NCBI GenBank assembly: GCA_963691875.1
Contig: OY829846.1
Location: 256,001-320,000 of the forward strand
Source of the DNA: Aureliella sp.
Lineage (GTDB): Bacteria; Planctomycetota; Planctomycetia; Pirellulales; Pirellulaceae
DNA length: 64,000 bases
Direction: 5' to 3'
The number at the start of each line of letters is the position of its first letter. The first letter of the stretch is position 1. Below, in pieces: positions 61,388 to 64,000 of this stretch. The translations under genes and the position numbers were made by a program. Under the pieces are notes generated by a model. That model did not search any database. It was not told where the DNA came from and was given only the letters and a program-made list of their open reading frames with translations.

Positions 61388-62398
61388 ATGCGGAAGATTT
61401 TAGTGACTGGTGCGGCCGGCTTTATCGGCTACCACATGAGCCAAGCACTCCTTAGCTGCGGCGACTTTGTTGTTGGCCTCGACAATCTGAACGACTACTA
61501 TTCGGTCGATCTAAAGCAAGCGAGGCTGGCTCACGTTGTTTCGGAGAACTTCCGTTTTGTCGAAGGCGATTTGGTTGATCGTAGGACCTTGGATCGATTA
61601 TTCGAGGAGCATCAGTTCGAGCGGGTTGTTCACTTAGCCGCGCAAGCTGGAGTGCGTTACTCGCTTGAGAATCCAGGTGCGTACATCGACAGTAATTTGG
61701 TCGGATTTGGCAACATTCTCGAGTGCTGCCGGCATTTCGAAATTGGGCATCTGCTTTATGCGAGCAGCAGTAGTGTTTATGGAGCCAACAAGCAGCAGCC
61801 TTTTTCGGTTGAACACGCGGTTGATCATCCGGTGAGTTTGTATGCTGCGACGAAGAAAGCCAATGAACTTCTCGCGCACACCTACTCACATTTGTATTCG
61901 CTGCCTACGACTGGCCTGCGATTTTTCACTGTCTACGGACCGTGGGGACGTCCAGACATGGCTGCCTATATCTTCACCAAAGCCATCTTTGATGGTTCAC
62001 CGATCAACGTATTTAATCATGGCAAGATGCAGCGGGACTTTACTTATGTGAAAGACATCGTTGAGGCGATGGTGCGTCTGGTCGATCATATTGCAGAGCC
62101 GGATTCGAAATTTGACGCACTTGCTCCAAAGCCTGCAACCAGCAATTGTCCTTATCGCGTGTTTAACATCGGCAATAACCAGCCCGAAGAGCTTGGACGC
62201 TTCATCGAGGTATTGGAAGCGGCCATTGGCAAGAAAGCGAACAAGAATTTCATGCCTTTGCAACCCGGCGATGTGGTCTCTACTTTTGCGGACGTTTCGG
62301 GTTTAGAACGGGCGATAGATTTCCGTCCGCAGACGACCATCGAAGAAGGCATCCATCGCTTCGTAGACTGGTACCGTGACTACCATCAGATCAGCTGA
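61388..62398 (+). CDS. NAD-dependent epimerase (UDP-glucuronate 4-epimerase-like)
   Basis: VTGAAGFIG; HLAAQAGVRYS; YAATKK; LRFFTVYGPWGRPDMA; RDFTY. Confidence 0.93.
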   Translation: MRKILVTGAAGFIGYHMSQALLSCGDFVVGLDNLNDYYSVDLKQARLAHVVSENFRFVEGDLVDRRTLDRLFEEHQFERVVHLAAQAGVRYSLENPGAYIDSNLVGFGNILECCRHFEIGHLLYASSSSVYGANKQQPFSVEHAVDHPVSLYAATKKANELLAHTYSHLYSLPTTGLRFFTVYGPWGRPDMAAYIFTKAIFDGSPINVFNHGKMQRDFTYVKDIVEAMVRLVDHIAEPDSKFDALAPKPATSNCPYRVFNIGNNQPEELGRFIEVLEAAIGKKANKNFMPLQPGDVVSTFADVSGLERAIDFRPQTTIEEGIHRFVDWYRDYHQIS

Positions 62399-62655
62399 TA
62401 CTCGCCCGTGCGGAGGGCTCGCTCTGCGTTCTTGATACCAATTTTGAGATTGATTCAATCTTTGCGATCATCCATTGCGATGAAGTGACTGCAAGTTACA
62501 GAAACTGTGGTTCTCAGGGCGACTTATCGCGTTACCATTATGACTTATAGACCGATTGTGCCGCGAATTCCCCCTTCAACGCGCCCCGGAACGCCCAACT
62601 TCTTGCTAAGTATTTTTGCCATTCGGATAGATCTTGTTACCGCGACGGTAAATAG

Positions 62656-64000
<1,345 letters not shown>

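Overview
Bacterial genomic window, most likely from a planctomycete (Pirellulaceae-like). The assignment rests on DUF1559/DUF1080/DUF1571-type genes, Tat-exported hydrolases, sulfatases and short intergenic palindromic repeats. The left ~38 kb is accessory. It holds a flavin-dependent tryptophan-halogenase-family gene (open at the left edge, so absent from the ORF track), PhoD, S46/S9 peptidases, and a signal-peptide-bearing ClpP-like gene with one internal stop. It also holds a Fur/Zur regulator divergent from a seven-gene COG0523 operon, a ~2180-codon sulfatase-sialidase-O-acetylesterase-sulfatase fusion broken by two in-frame TAG codons, and a thioester alpha-2-macroglobulin. The right ~26 kb is mostly housekeeping: fmt, proC, leuS, a sigma-70 factor, comM/yifB, miaB, hpf-EIIA-HPr-EI, RNase E/G, an epimerase and a partial sucA. 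Best candidate for an undescribed system: the metal (probably zinc) starvation operon at 18338-23162, with a Cys-tailed flavoprotein, an HMA lipoprotein and two paralogous 'QQxWCWGRD' proteins, plus a WTGCA-N7-TGCAW palindrome seen in three separate promoter regions. A strongly structured leader upstream of hpf/raiA is a second candidate. Several decayed pseudogenes are present. I recognised no rRNA, tRNA or CRISPR array. All family calls come from reading motifs by eye; no searches were run.
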